DNA of 41,266 bases from a virus (IMGVR_UViG_3300005077_000040:1-41266), one strand, 5' to 3'. Positions 1 to 7,872 are shown, numbered from the stretch's first letter. Notes: a model not told the origin generated them from the sequence alone. Numbers and translations: made by a program.

Positions 1-98
1 AGCATCCCAATGGTTAATGAATTCGGTGAAACGCCCTGTGCGGACCCGCACGCAGGGTGTTGTGGGGAGCGGGAGAGAAAAACTCCCGCTTACCCGAT
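1..98 (+). mobile_element. 3' end (domains V-VI) of a group II intron, class IIC / IIC-attC-like; the 5' part lies outside the window
   Basis: DV hairpin AACGCCCTG-TGCG-GACC-CGCA-CG-CAGGGTGTT (30-61) with CGC catalytic triad and CG bulge, typical of IIC. DVI stem AGCGGGAG/CTCCCGCT with a bulged A near 92, and the canonical ...ACCCGAT end at 98. Confidence 0.85.
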
Positions 99-279
99 TA
101 GTTTGCGGGATGGGGTTTGTGAATGGACACAAGATGAATTTGATGAATACAATATATGGGAAACTGATTGCGGAAAATCTTTTTGTATTGAAGATGGAAC
201 ACCCACAGAAAATGATATGAATTTTTGCTGCTATTGTGGAAAAAAATTAAAACAGCGGGTGGTGAGGCAGTCAAACTAA
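99..279 (+). CDS. 3' part of a small Cys-rich zinc-ribbon-like phage protein, 5' end interrupted by the intron
   Basis: The first ~30 codons of ORF 10..279 are intron sequence. The remainder, CEW...WETDCG...FCCYCGKKL, resembles small phage Zn-ribbon proteins. The stop codon overlaps the AACTAAC inverse core. Confidence 0.55.
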
Positions 280-354
280 CAATGGAGATAATCGGAATGA
301 CAACTAAGAGCGAAGCGACGCAGGCAGCACGGCCGCTTGAACGATTTGTTATGC
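274..354 (-). repeat. attC-like recombination site (top strand on minus)
   Basis: The minus strand reads GCATAAC-AAATC-GTTCAAGCGG...CCGATTATC-TCCATT-GTTAGTT, a R''-L''...L'-R' layout with the extra C in L''. Confidence 0.75.
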
Positions 355-566
355 GCTTGCGGCTGTCGATCGTGAAGGCAGTTTGCCGCCTACTGCTGCC
401 GCGCAATGTGTGGGTAGGCCACCATTTTGGCGCCTACACGCAGAAATGGTCGGTACATCTTGGCCGATTGGACAGTCGCGGCGTGCTACAAGGGTTGAGT
501 GACCGCGATGCAGTCGCGCGGAACAGCTTGCATAACGCGCCGAAGGATGCGGCGCACAAGCCCTAA
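297..566 (+). CDS. Hypothetical cassette-borne protein
   Basis: In frame with ORF 225..566. GGAG at 284-287 precedes ATG 297, and both lie inside the attC-like site. Confidence 0.4.
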   Translation: MTTKSEATQAARPLERFVMRLRLSIVKAVCRLLLPRNVWVGHHFGAYTQKWSVHLGRLDSRGVLQGLSDRDAVARNSLHNAPKDAAHKP

Positions 567-649
567 CTGACAATAAAAACTTAAAGCGGAGCATAAAATG
601 TCAGATTTTAAACACAGCCCTTCGGTCGCTGTTAATGCAAATGTTAGCC
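530..649 (-). repeat. Degenerate or hybrid attC-like site(s)
   Basis: GCATAAC (530-536) complements GTTATGC (348-354). CCCTAAC lies at 561-567. The minus strand from 649 reads GGCTAAC-ATTT-GCATTAACAGCGAC, an R''-L'' arm, but the partner arm is poorly conserved. Confidence 0.5.
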
Positions 650-669
650 ATCCTAAGCAAAGGAGTTTT

Positions 670-981
670 ATGGCTCAGAGAATTCAACGCAAACGCTCGA
701 AGGGATGGAAGATGCCGCCAAATACAATCTATGTTGGTCGCCCTACAAAATGGGGAAACAATAACAAGATTGGGGATCCACACCCGTTTTTTGAAAATCA
801 TTTTTGCACGCTTGATGATGTAATCTGGCTGTATGAGTGTGATCTAAAAGCGATGGAAGCAGCGGGAATACTCGATGATTTCCTTGCGCCATTACGCGGT
901 AAAGACCTCGCGTGCTGGTGTCCACTTGATAAACCGTGCCATGCCGATGTACTCATACGGTTGGCCGCGGTTTTGTCATAA
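670..981 (+). CDS. DUF4326-like phage protein
   Basis: Motifs QRIQRKR.KGWKMP..TIYVGRPTKWGN and LRGKDLACWCP..PCHADVL. AGGAG RBS at 661-665 precedes ATG 670. Confidence 0.85.
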   Translation: MAQRIQRKRSKGWKMPPNTIYVGRPTKWGNNNKIGDPHPFFENHFCTLDDVIWLYECDLKAMEAAGILDDFLAPLRGKDLACWCPLDKPCHADVLIRLAAVLS

Positions 982-999
982 TTGAAACCGTTGTTAGGC
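964..999 (-). repeat. Half attC-like site (R''-L'' arm only)
   Basis: The minus strand reads GCCTAAC-AACG-GTTTCAATTATGAC-AAAACCGCGG. The complementary arm is missing. Confidence 0.5.
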
Positions 1000-1022
1000 A
1001 AAATAAACATAAGGAGATAGAG

Positions 1023-1355
1023 ATGTTAAATTTCTTATTTGGTATCATTGTAGCTGTTATTTTAATTATTGTGCTGGCAATTTGGTCCAGTAACGATAAT
1101 GAATGGTACAATGCAATTGCTGGAGTTATGGCAATGTTATTAGGAGTTGTAACTATAATAGCAATAACTTTTTATTTCACATTAATTTGGAAATGGTGCG
1201 CATCTGAACAAAAAGCAATCATCATTAATCGAGAATACGGTACAAATTATACAAGAACAGAAGTATTTTACGCCAGTGACGTAATAGATACAATTCGGGA
1301 ACTTGATAGAGAACGAATTGAATTAAATGGCAATCTTATGAAAGATAAAAAGTAA
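1023..1355 (+). CDS. Small membrane protein (2 predicted TM helices)
   Basis: AAGGAG RBS at 1011-1016. Two hydrophobic stretches. AT-rich cassette bounded by GTTAGGCAA (993-1001) and TTGCCTAAC (1356-1364). Confidence 0.75.
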   Translation: MLNFLFGIIVAVILIIVLAIWSSNDNEWYNAIAGVMAMLLGVVTIIAITFYFTLIWKWCASEQKAIIINREYGTNYTRTEVFYASDVIDTIRELDRERIELNGNLMKDKK

Positions 1356-1357
1356 TT

Positions 1358-1418
1358 GCCTAACACAGATTTCAACTTGACTCAGCCTATGGCTTCGCAG
1401 GTTGAATTATAATTAGGT
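1358..1418 (+). repeat. attC-like site (61 bp, forward; R' core degenerate, ATTAGGT)
   Basis: GCCTAAC-ACAG-ATTTCAACTTGAC...GCAGGTTGAAT-TATA-ATTAGGT: an imperfect palindrome with extra unpaired bases on the left arm, directly after a stop codon. Confidence 0.75.
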
Positions 1419-1426
1419 GGCTTTTT

Positions 1427-2050
1427 GTGAATATCTTAGTTGCGTGTGAGTATAGCGGTATCGTTCGGCAAGCGTTCGTGGCTTTGGGTCATAATGTCTG
1501 GTCATGCGATTTACTGCCAACAGAAATACCAGGTCAGCATTATCAAGGCGATGTGCGCGACATGCTGAAAGAAAATTGGGATTTGATGATTGCCCATCCG
1601 CCTTGTACACATCTGGCGGTCAGCGGAGCGCGTTATTTTTACCGCAAGCAGGCAGAGCAAGCCGAAGCGCTGGAGTTTGTCCGCTTGCTTATGAATGCGC
1701 CGATTGAACATATTGCCATTGAAAATCCAATCAGCGTTATTTCATCTCGCATCCGCAAGCCAGACCAAATCATTCAGCCCTGGCAGTTCGGGCATGGTGA
1801 AACGAAAGCAACTTGCTTATGGTTGAAAAACCTGCCAAAGTTACATCCAACAAATATTGTGGACGGCAGAGAGCAACGAGTACATAAAATGCCACCGTCA
1901 CCCGATAGGTGGAAAGAGCGTTCCCGCACGTTCCAGGGTATTGCAAGCGCAATGGCGGCACAATGGTCACGCCACCTAACAAATGCGTGCACCCGACCCG
2001 CCTTCGGCTCTGGTACGCAAGGCGATTCTACGGTCACAACGGGCGGGTAA
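1427..2050 (+). CDS. Short phage DNA cytosine-C5 methyltransferase-like protein
   Basis: N-terminal SAM-binding-like LVACEYSG, catalytic HPPC, ENP motif, QPWQFGH...K.T.LWLK and RSRTF.GIA.AMA.QW. The last ~25 aa read through the downstream attC. Confidence 0.8.
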   Translation: MNILVACEYSGIVRQAFVALGHNVWSCDLLPTEIPGQHYQGDVRDMLKENWDLMIAHPPCTHLAVSGARYFYRKQAEQAEALEFVRLLMNAPIEHIAIENPISVISSRIRKPDQIIQPWQFGHGETKATCLWLKNLPKLHPTNIVDGREQRVHKMPPSPDRWKERSRTFQGIASAMAAQWSRHLTNACTRPAFGSGTQGDSTVTTGG

Positions 2051-2065
2051 CGCTTGCCCTTATAT
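1974..2065 (+). repeat. attC-like site (92 bp, forward; R' degenerate, CTTATAT)
   Basis: ACCTAAC-AAAT-GCGTGCACCCGACCCG...CGGGCGGGTAACGC-TTGCC-CTTATAT. GCCACCTAA (1971-1979) is the exact complement of TTAGGTGGC (1413-1421) at the cassette start. Confidence 0.75.
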
Positions 2066-2304
2066 GTCGAATTTAAAATTTATCCAGGTGCAACGAACAA
2101 CACATCAACGGAGTAATTTATGACAGCCCCACATGATCCAACAACCGCTACGGAATTGCTCAGTTGCCATCTGCGGCAAATGAGATGAATGCTCATTCGA
2201 TGAAATATAAAACAGTTAGTTCCAATTGCGTCGTTAACCTTCAACTAAAATAAAAGGCGTAAACACCACGGGCGGTGTAAACGCAATCCTCCCTCGCCAA
2301 ACAG

Positions 2305-2339
2305 TAAGGGCACGCGCGCGGCGTGCCCTTATCTTTTTT
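2305..2339 (+). terminator. Rho-independent terminator between convergent transcription units
   Basis: Perfect 11-bp stem TAAGGGCACGC/GCGTGCCCTTA followed by TCTTTTTT. Confidence 0.75.
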
Positions 2340-2355
2340 AATATCACTGATTTTT

Positions 2356-2721
2356 TTAACGCCTCGCCATCCGTACAATAGCTAAAAACTTAGCCATCTG
2401 GCTCACCAGCTTCAGCCCTTCCTCCGTCACCAGTTCAGCATATTCCGACTTAAACGCCATTTTCTCAATAATCGCCTCAAGCCGCGCCCGTTCTTCAGGA
2501 TCCATATCCGCGTACTGCGCAGGAATCTTCTCAGCGCCGCTCACCGCGGCAGGCAGTTTTACAAAAGCAGGTAAAATGTGCATAGAATCCGACATCCACT
2601 GCCACCCATCATTCGTTGCCCCATCCACCCGCGTTGCAAAATCAGCAATAAATTCCAAAGCGTCCTCAATTTCATTGACACCCTCTTGAGAAATATCATC
2701 TTTCATAGATTTCTCATCCAT
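2356..2721 (-). CDS. Hypothetical helical phage protein (last gene of late operon)
   Basis: ORF 2356..2745. GGAGG RBS precedes ATG 2721. Confidence 0.7.
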   Translation of the reverse strand: MDEKSMKDDISQEGVNEIEDALEFIADFATRVDGATNDGWQWMSDSMHILPAFVKLPAAVSGAEKIPAQYADMDPEERARLEAIIEKMAFKSEYAELVTEEGLKLVSQMAKFLAIVRMARR

Positions 2722-2735
2722 AACATCCTCCACAC

Positions 2736-3065
2736 TTAACGACAATAATTCTTGTGATTTAACTTATAACAAAGCCGACGTTCACTAATCCCAAGCAACA
2801 GCGCTGCCTTTTTCTGAACACCACCCGCATAGCGCATCGCCAAATCAATCGCCCGACGCTCTAAAATATCGAGATTAAGCGTATCCATCCCAGGGAAAAA
2901 ATGCCCATCACCGCCAGTCTTCACATCCCAGTCAGCACCAATCACATCCCAAACCTCCTCAACCGTCCAAACGTGCCGCCCGCTACTTGTAATCAACTTC
3001 TGCAATCGATCAAGCAAATACTCCCGCATCATGCTATCGGTGTACGCTCCGTGCTCCGTGCTCAT
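2736..3065 (-). CDS. Stand-alone Fis/NtrC-type HTH DNA-binding protein
   Basis: C-terminal LNLDILERRAIDLAMRYAGGVQKKAALLLGISERRLCYKL matches the HTH_8 (Fis-like) pattern. Confidence 0.75.
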   Translation of the reverse strand: MSTEHGAYTDSMMREYLLDRLQKLITSSGRHVWTVEEVWDVIGADWDVKTGGDGHFFPGMDTLNLDILERRAIDLAMRYAGGVQKKAALLLGISERRLCYKLNHKNYCR

Positions 3066-3075
3066 CGCTTTTTTT

Positions 3076-3609
3076 TCAATTCAGCGCATCGGGCCAAAAC
3101 TCAAACAGCCACGAAATAAAAAACTCATAATCGCTGGCCTTCTTCCGTAAATCCTCGCCATAAAGCTGTACCCTTACATTCTCAAGCCGCACATCGCATG
3201 GCCCCTGCTCCGATTCCGCATTTACCCGAAACGCCATCTTAAATATCGGTTGCCCATTAAGCCCGCACGCAGGCTCGCCCTGGGTGCTGTCCGTATTAAA
3301 CGAAACCTGTAACCGTCCAGGCTCAACCAGGTTAATCACCTCGTGATGAAACACCCCGTAAACCTCAGTCGAATCCGCCAGATAAGCAATCCTGCCAGGA
3401 TTGTAAAACAGAGTTGCACCAAGCGCCGAAACACAGCCAGTATATTTCGCCTTATACTGAAATTGAACAACAGTGTCCACCGTGTCAATTTTAGCAATGC
3501 CATTTTGCGCATACAGCTCAAACGATTTTTCACACCCACCAACAGCCAACAACAACGCCGCCAGCACCGTAAGGGCACGCAGCAACGCACCACGATTCGT
3601 CCATTTCAT
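3076..3609 (-). CDS. Predicted lipoprotein with a cohesin-like domain
   Basis: Signal peptide ending LAVGG-C (lipobox-like). The beta-rich pattern VSALGATLFYNP...INLVEPGRLQVSF...NGQPIFKMAFRV...DVRLENV resembles cohesin modules. Confidence 0.55.
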   Translation of the reverse strand: MKWTNRGALLRALTVLAALLLAVGGCEKSFELYAQNGIAKIDTVDTVVQFQYKAKYTGCVSALGATLFYNPGRIAYLADSTEVYGVFHHEVINLVEPGRLQVSFNTDSTQGEPACGLNGQPIFKMAFRVNAESEQGPCDVRLENVRVQLYGEDLRKKASDYEFFISWLFEFWPDALN

Positions 3610-3680
3610 CGCCTTTGTCCTTTTATTAAATTAATAATTATCAATTACCCATTCACAATTCACAATTAAAATGGGTAATT

Positions 3681-4604
3681 TTAATAGTAGTCCCCCAACA
3701 CCGAATCAAACTGCACCATATCCAGCAAATCAATAATCCCGTTATCTTCAAAATCAAACACCGAATCAAACAACCAGTGCCCTAAATAACTCCCCAGCGC
3801 CGTATCAAAAGCAACCATATCCAGCAAATCAATAATCTTGTCGTTATTCCAGTCACCCTTATGCTGCTCACTTGCCTGGCCAGGGACAACATACGCAAAA
3901 ACTTCGTTAGAATACCCGCTCTCATTACCAGCCGTGTCATAAGCCGTCGCCGCAAAATAATACGTCGTATCCGCCCAGAGATCAGTCAGGCATACCGCCG
4001 TCGTATCACCAACATCCTCCGAAAAAACATAATCCCTCGACCCAAAACCATAATAAACCTTATACCCATCCAGATCGGCCTCGTCATTCGCGTCCCAGGT
4101 CAGGCAAACATGCTCAATACATAGCGTCTCAGGCACAGCAACACCCTGCCAGCGCCATTCCACCCAGTCAAGATAAATATTGCGGTCATACTCACCGCTG
4201 AAGTAATCATTGATAAAAGAAAACCGCCAGTCACCGACAGAGCCAACTGACAAAACAAGCGAATACTCAGCCCAGTCGCTATCAGAAACTTGCAACGTAT
4301 CGCATCCTCCAGGAAAACGAACCTCAACCAGGCCATCAGCGCCAGGTACGTAATCTTCCCGCGCACGCACAACAACCGTGCAACAGCCAGATTTATTGAT
4401 TGTTATTTCTGCCGACCCGTTCCCGTAAAACGCCAACAAAGAATCTTCAACAACAACATTCCCGCTGATTATATCAAAAGTTTCAGCCTGCAATCTGTTT
4501 TCTGCAATCTGGCATCCGCCATCAGAAATCCGCCATCCGACAATTTCTAATACAACAACCAGCGCGATAAACGGTAAACCCCGTGCCAAACCAAAACCCC
4601 GCAT
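3681..4604 (-). CDS. Exported modular protein: carbohydrate-binding-like domain, fibronectin III and dockerin-like double EF-hand
   Basis: AGGAG RBS before ATG 4604 and an N-terminal hydrophobic segment. FINDY...DRNIYLDWVE is CBM60-like. LTWDANDEADLDGYKVYYG...YYFAATAYDTAGNESGYSNEV is FN3. GDWNNDKIIDLLD and DFEDNGIIDLLD are duplicated Ca-binding loops. Confidence 0.75.
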   Translation of the reverse strand: MRGFGLARGLPFIALVVVLEIVGWRISDGGCQIAENRLQAETFDIISGNVVVEDSLLAFYGNGSAEITINKSGCCTVVVRAREDYVPGADGLVEVRFPGGCDTLQVSDSDWAEYSLVLSVGSVGDWRFSFINDYFSGEYDRNIYLDWVEWRWQGVAVPETLCIEHVCLTWDANDEADLDGYKVYYGFGSRDYVFSEDVGDTTAVCLTDLWADTTYYFAATAYDTAGNESGYSNEVFAYVVPGQASEQHKGDWNNDKIIDLLDMVAFDTALGSYLGHWLFDSVFDFEDNGIIDLLDMVQFDSVLGDYY

Positions 4605-4861
4605 ACCAACACTCCTATCAAATATAAATGCTCCCGCTTCGGATGCCACACATCATTCAAATGATAATCATACCAATAGACCATCAGAAAATACCCGCTC
4701 GCCACCCAGCATGGAATCTCCCCAAGCCACTTCACACAATGCCACACAAAATCGGCCCAGGCCAGCGCATCCGCCGCGCCTCCAAACTTCAGCGCATCCC
4801 CCAGCGCATCAAAACAGAATCCAAGCATCATAAAAACCAATAATCCAAACATATCCTTCAT
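4547..4861 (-). CDS. Small membrane protein (~3 TM)
   Basis: 104 aa ORF with three hydrophobic segments and a GAGG RBS. It overlaps the next gene by 58 nt. Confidence 0.6.
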   Translation of the reverse strand: MKDMFGLLVFMMLGFCFDALGDALKFGGAADALAWADFVWHCVKWLGEIPCWVASGYFLMVYWYDYHLNDVWHPKREHLYLIGVLVCGVLVWHGVYRLSRWLLY

Positions 4862-4901
4862 CCAACCCTCCGCGTCAACACAGTCAACAATGTCAGCCCT
4901 G

Positions 4902-5228
4902 TCATTTGTTCTCTACAAAAAACAAATAAACAACACCCATTATACCAGCTCCTATTCCAATCAGTCCCGCAATGAAGTCCAAGACATTGAATCCATCATT
5001 TCGCAGCCCGTCTTGCCACTCCCAGGCCAGATTGATCCCGATGCAGAACGCAGCCGCTAACGCCGACGCTGCCAAAACAAGCGCCCCTGTAACAGCGCCC
5101 ATGTGCAGCAACATTAGCCCGAAAACCAGCCAAAACATAATCTGAAATATGACAAACTCCCTGGCCATGTGCAGCCAGAAAGTTGGGTCATATTTGCAAA
5201 TAAAACGTAGTTTAAAATCATCGAACAT
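4902..5228 (-). CDS. Small membrane protein (~3 TM), possibly holin or VanZ/YfiM-like
   Basis: Hydrophobic helices with H...WE..D...GF...DF residues. The start overlaps the upstream stop (TAATG). Confidence 0.65.
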   Translation of the reverse strand: MFDDFKLRFICKYDPTFWLHMAREFVIFQIMFWLVFGLMLLHMGAVTGALVLAASALAAAFCIGINLAWEWQDGLRNDGFNVLDFIAGLIGIGAGIMGVVYLFFVENK

Positions 5229-6160
5229 TAGAATTGTTCCCAGTTTGTTGCGTCGTAAGCGATATATGTTACATTAGAACCAGCAGCCAAAGTAACAGCA
5301 GTATTGACTCCTGCTCCTGTATTATCACCAGAGGCAGGCCAAATTTCAAGCTGATTAGCTCCATTGTTGATAATTCTTATAATCATTCCAGCAGCCGCAC
5401 TCGGAAGTGTTACAGCATCATCAGCCGTTCCAACAGTCGCTATTTCATTTATATTACTTGTCAGTGCACCATCACCCTGTCCACCAGGATTAACAGCCGC
5501 GATTCCAGCAGTTACAGACTGCCGCAGAATACCCATGCTGTCTATTTCACAATATTCCCCTGCCGTTCCAGTATCCCCCATTTTCAAGCTGCCATCAGCA
5601 CCACTTGCATTTGCACCGATGTCGATCAGAATGTCATATGCAGGTTTGTTATCATTCGAAATTAATAGGTTTGAATTTGTATAAGGTTTAAACGCATTTG
5701 CGTAAGTTGCAAAGCTGTACACTGTTGATAGTGTTAAAACTCCATCTCCACGCCAGTGATTATTGACGTTATTGTATATCCAGTAATCTGATGAGCTACT
5801 AATAGCAGTCATTCCACTTAAATCAATAGCTTTTAGGTTTCCAGCAGTTGTTGCAGTAATAGCTATAAACGTTAAGCCATCTGGGTCAATAACTACCTGT
5901 TCAGAAGCCGCGCCATAAAAAGTAGTTATTCCTTTAAATGTTATTCCATCAACGCACTTCATAATAGCATCAAGATAAGTTCCATCCCCAATATATAAAG
6001 TAGAATCACTGGTACAAAAGCAAAGTCTACCAATTGCTTTATTTACATTTGAAGTGTCACTTACAATTTTTACACCAGGTTGAATTCTAAACACAGGTGA
6101 ATCATCAGCAACTAAATACATCGGTATTGTTAACAGTATTAAAACTAATAGCTTTTTCAT
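5228..6160 (-). CDS. Signal-peptide-bearing tail-fibre/adhesin-like protein
   Basis: MKKLLVLILLTIPMYLVA signal peptide. GRLCFCTSDSTLYIGDG resembles the N-terminal motif of phage hyaluronidase/fibre proteins. C-terminal VTLPSAAAG...I.P...NW domain. AGGAG RBS. Confidence 0.65.
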   Translation of the reverse strand: MKKLLVLILLTIPMYLVADDSPVFRIQPGVKIVSDTSNVNKAIGRLCFCTSDSTLYIGDGTYLDAIMKCVDGITFKGITTFYGAASEQVVIDPDGLTFIAITATTAGNLKAIDLSGMTAISSSSDYWIYNNVNNHWRGDGVLTLSTVYSFATYANAFKPYTNSNLLISNDNKPAYDILIDIGANASGADGSLKMGDTGTAGEYCEIDSMGILRQSVTAGIAAVNPGGQGDGALTSNINEIATVGTADDAVTLPSAAAGMIIRIINNGANQLEIWPASGDNTGAGVNTAVTLAAGSNVTYIAYDATNWEQF

Positions 6161-6195
6161 TTCAAATCTCCCTTTATTTCATGATGAAACACAGG

Positions 6196-7872
6196 TTACC
6201 ACGCACTTAAAGCAGCACGTTTCCAACCACCACTTGCACATTTAACATAAATGTATGAATTATCCCAGCAGATATTTCCAACACTTCCGTTTAAATCAGC
6301 GCTACTGGTTGGTGTATAGTTCGTTTGTAGCCTAAGTTGATCATAACCATTAGCCGTGTAAATATGAAGTTGTGCTGTTGGACTTGTTGAACCTATTCCA
6401 ATTTGGCCTCCATACTCCCACGTCATGACTTGTGTCCCTGGAACCGTAGGACAAGATGTACTTCCACCAGCAGAAAATATCATCATATCGCCGCCGTTAT
6501 TCGTCCCCATTCTCCAGTCATAATTAGAACTATTATTAATACCCCAGTGCATCCATGCTCGATACCCATTGCCAGTTTTACGTATAGAAAAGGCATCACA
6601 GGTATCTCCTTCAACAGCCGCCACAAATACAGGCATACTGTCTGCGCTAACTCCACAGAAAGCCGTCCAAAGTGAATCACCTGGGTCAACCATATGGCCA
6701 ATGCTCCAAACTGGAACACCTACCCCAGGGCCTTGTATTGTATGTCCATATTTAGTTAAATTCCAAACATCCATTCCAGCAACAGGGTTGTAAAATGGTA
6801 AATATCTATGGGCATAATCCAAACCAAACTCCAAATATGGTACGCCCTCAACATCGAAACTAATGTTGTTTACATTAATTTGTGTACTATCTTTATCAAA
6901 GTGAAGTGCATAAGAAGAAGAAGGGCTATGCGGAACTGGGTCAAAATAAGTCTTTAAATTTGGTCGTGTCGAAGCATTATACTGGTACATAAAAACTTTA
7001 TTATTCATGTGAAAAGGATATTCTGGGTCAGTCGTACCAATTCCGAAGCTGTCCGTCGTCGAAACAACATACAAATCTTTGCCACGCTTCATTATGCCAC
7101 TGCCTTTTGCGGGGTCTAAATAATAACAAAGCCACTTATTCCCATTCCAGTAAAGTCCGAACATATCGCCAGCCGATGGTGTAATATCCACTCCGCCACA
7201 GTCAAGGCCAGAATTATGTTGTATAGTAGTATTAACATCGTTTATATAAAGCAAACAAAGTTTCCTACCACTCGCTGGTGGGCTGTCAAAATAAGTAATT
7301 GTTGTCGGGGACGTGTTTGCAGTTCTGAAACACACATACCCATCAACAGAAGGGGTGGCATCACCATCAGTAATATTTGTATTTTTGTAAAACGGGTTCG
7401 CAACATACAAATTATCGCCAATATTTTTAATGCTCTCATCATCAGGGTTGTTTGTTACACTCCCGCCGCTTCCAATGTAAGCCAAAGACGCCGCAGTCAG
7501 CTTTGCCAGCGAAATCAAGCTATCCGCCAAATCACCTTGCTCAATCGTGCCTGCTACAATTTTAGAAGACGTAATAGTGTTATTAGCTATTTTACCATCA
7601 GTCACAGCGTAAGCACCTAGTTTATTCTCAGTCACAGCGCCCGTGTTTATTTTACCCTCGGTAACATTCAAATCTTTTATCTTCGCCGTGCTAACGCTTG
7701 TATCCCCCAGCGCCGCGCTCGTCGCCTTGTTATTCGCGTCCAACTTTTGGAAAAACGTCGTCACATTCTTTCCTTGAACCTTCAGGCTATCAACTCGCAG
7801 CGCCCGCTTCTGCCCAAACGCCCCAGGCGCAGCCAGCATTAAAACCAGCAACACCAGCAATAATTTCTTCAT
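6196..7872 (-). CDS. Signal-peptide-bearing tail-fibre-like protein
   Basis: Signal peptide MKKLLLVLLVLMLAAPGAFG. 10-aa V(T/S)xxKI repeats, GIGTTDP / IGIGSTSPTAQLHI fibre motifs, and C-terminal GNICWDNSYIYVK...WKRAALSAW. Confidence 0.7.
   Translation of the reverse strand: MKKLLLVLLVLMLAAPGAFGQKRALRVDSLKVQGKNVTTFFQKLDANNKATSAALGDTSVSTAKIKDLNVTEGKINTGAVTENKLGAYAVTDGKIANNTITSSKIVAGTIEQGDLADSLISLAKLTAASLAYIGSGGSVTNNPDDESIKNIGDNLYVANPFYKNTNITDGDATPSVDGYVCFRTANTSPTTITYFDSPPASGRKLCLLYINDVNTTIQHNSGLDCGGVDITPSAGDMFGLYWNGNKWLCYYLDPAKGSGIMKRGKDLYVVSTTDSFGIGTTDPEYPFHMNNKVFMYQYNASTRPNLKTYFDPVPHSPSSSYALHFDKDSTQINVNNISFDVEGVPYLEFGLDYAHRYLPFYNPVAGMDVWNLTKYGHTIQGPGVGVPVWSIGHMVDPGDSLWTAFCGVSADSMPVFVAAVEGDTCDAFSIRKTGNGYRAWMHWGINNSSNYDWRMGTNNGGDMMIFSAGGSTSCPTVPGTQVMTWEYGGQIGIGSTSPTAQLHIYTANGYDQLRLQTNYTPTSSADLNGSVGNICWDNSYIYVKCASGGWKRAALSAW

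Noticed and set aside
10-98. N-terminus of ORFs 10..279 and 17..220
   Set aside because: This is translated intron DV/DVI sequence rather than genuine coding sequence.
2059-2290. A possible sixth cassette after CTTATAT, and a hairpin at ~2257-2284
   Set aside because: There is no convincing inverse core or sizeable ORF. At most this is a decayed remnant.
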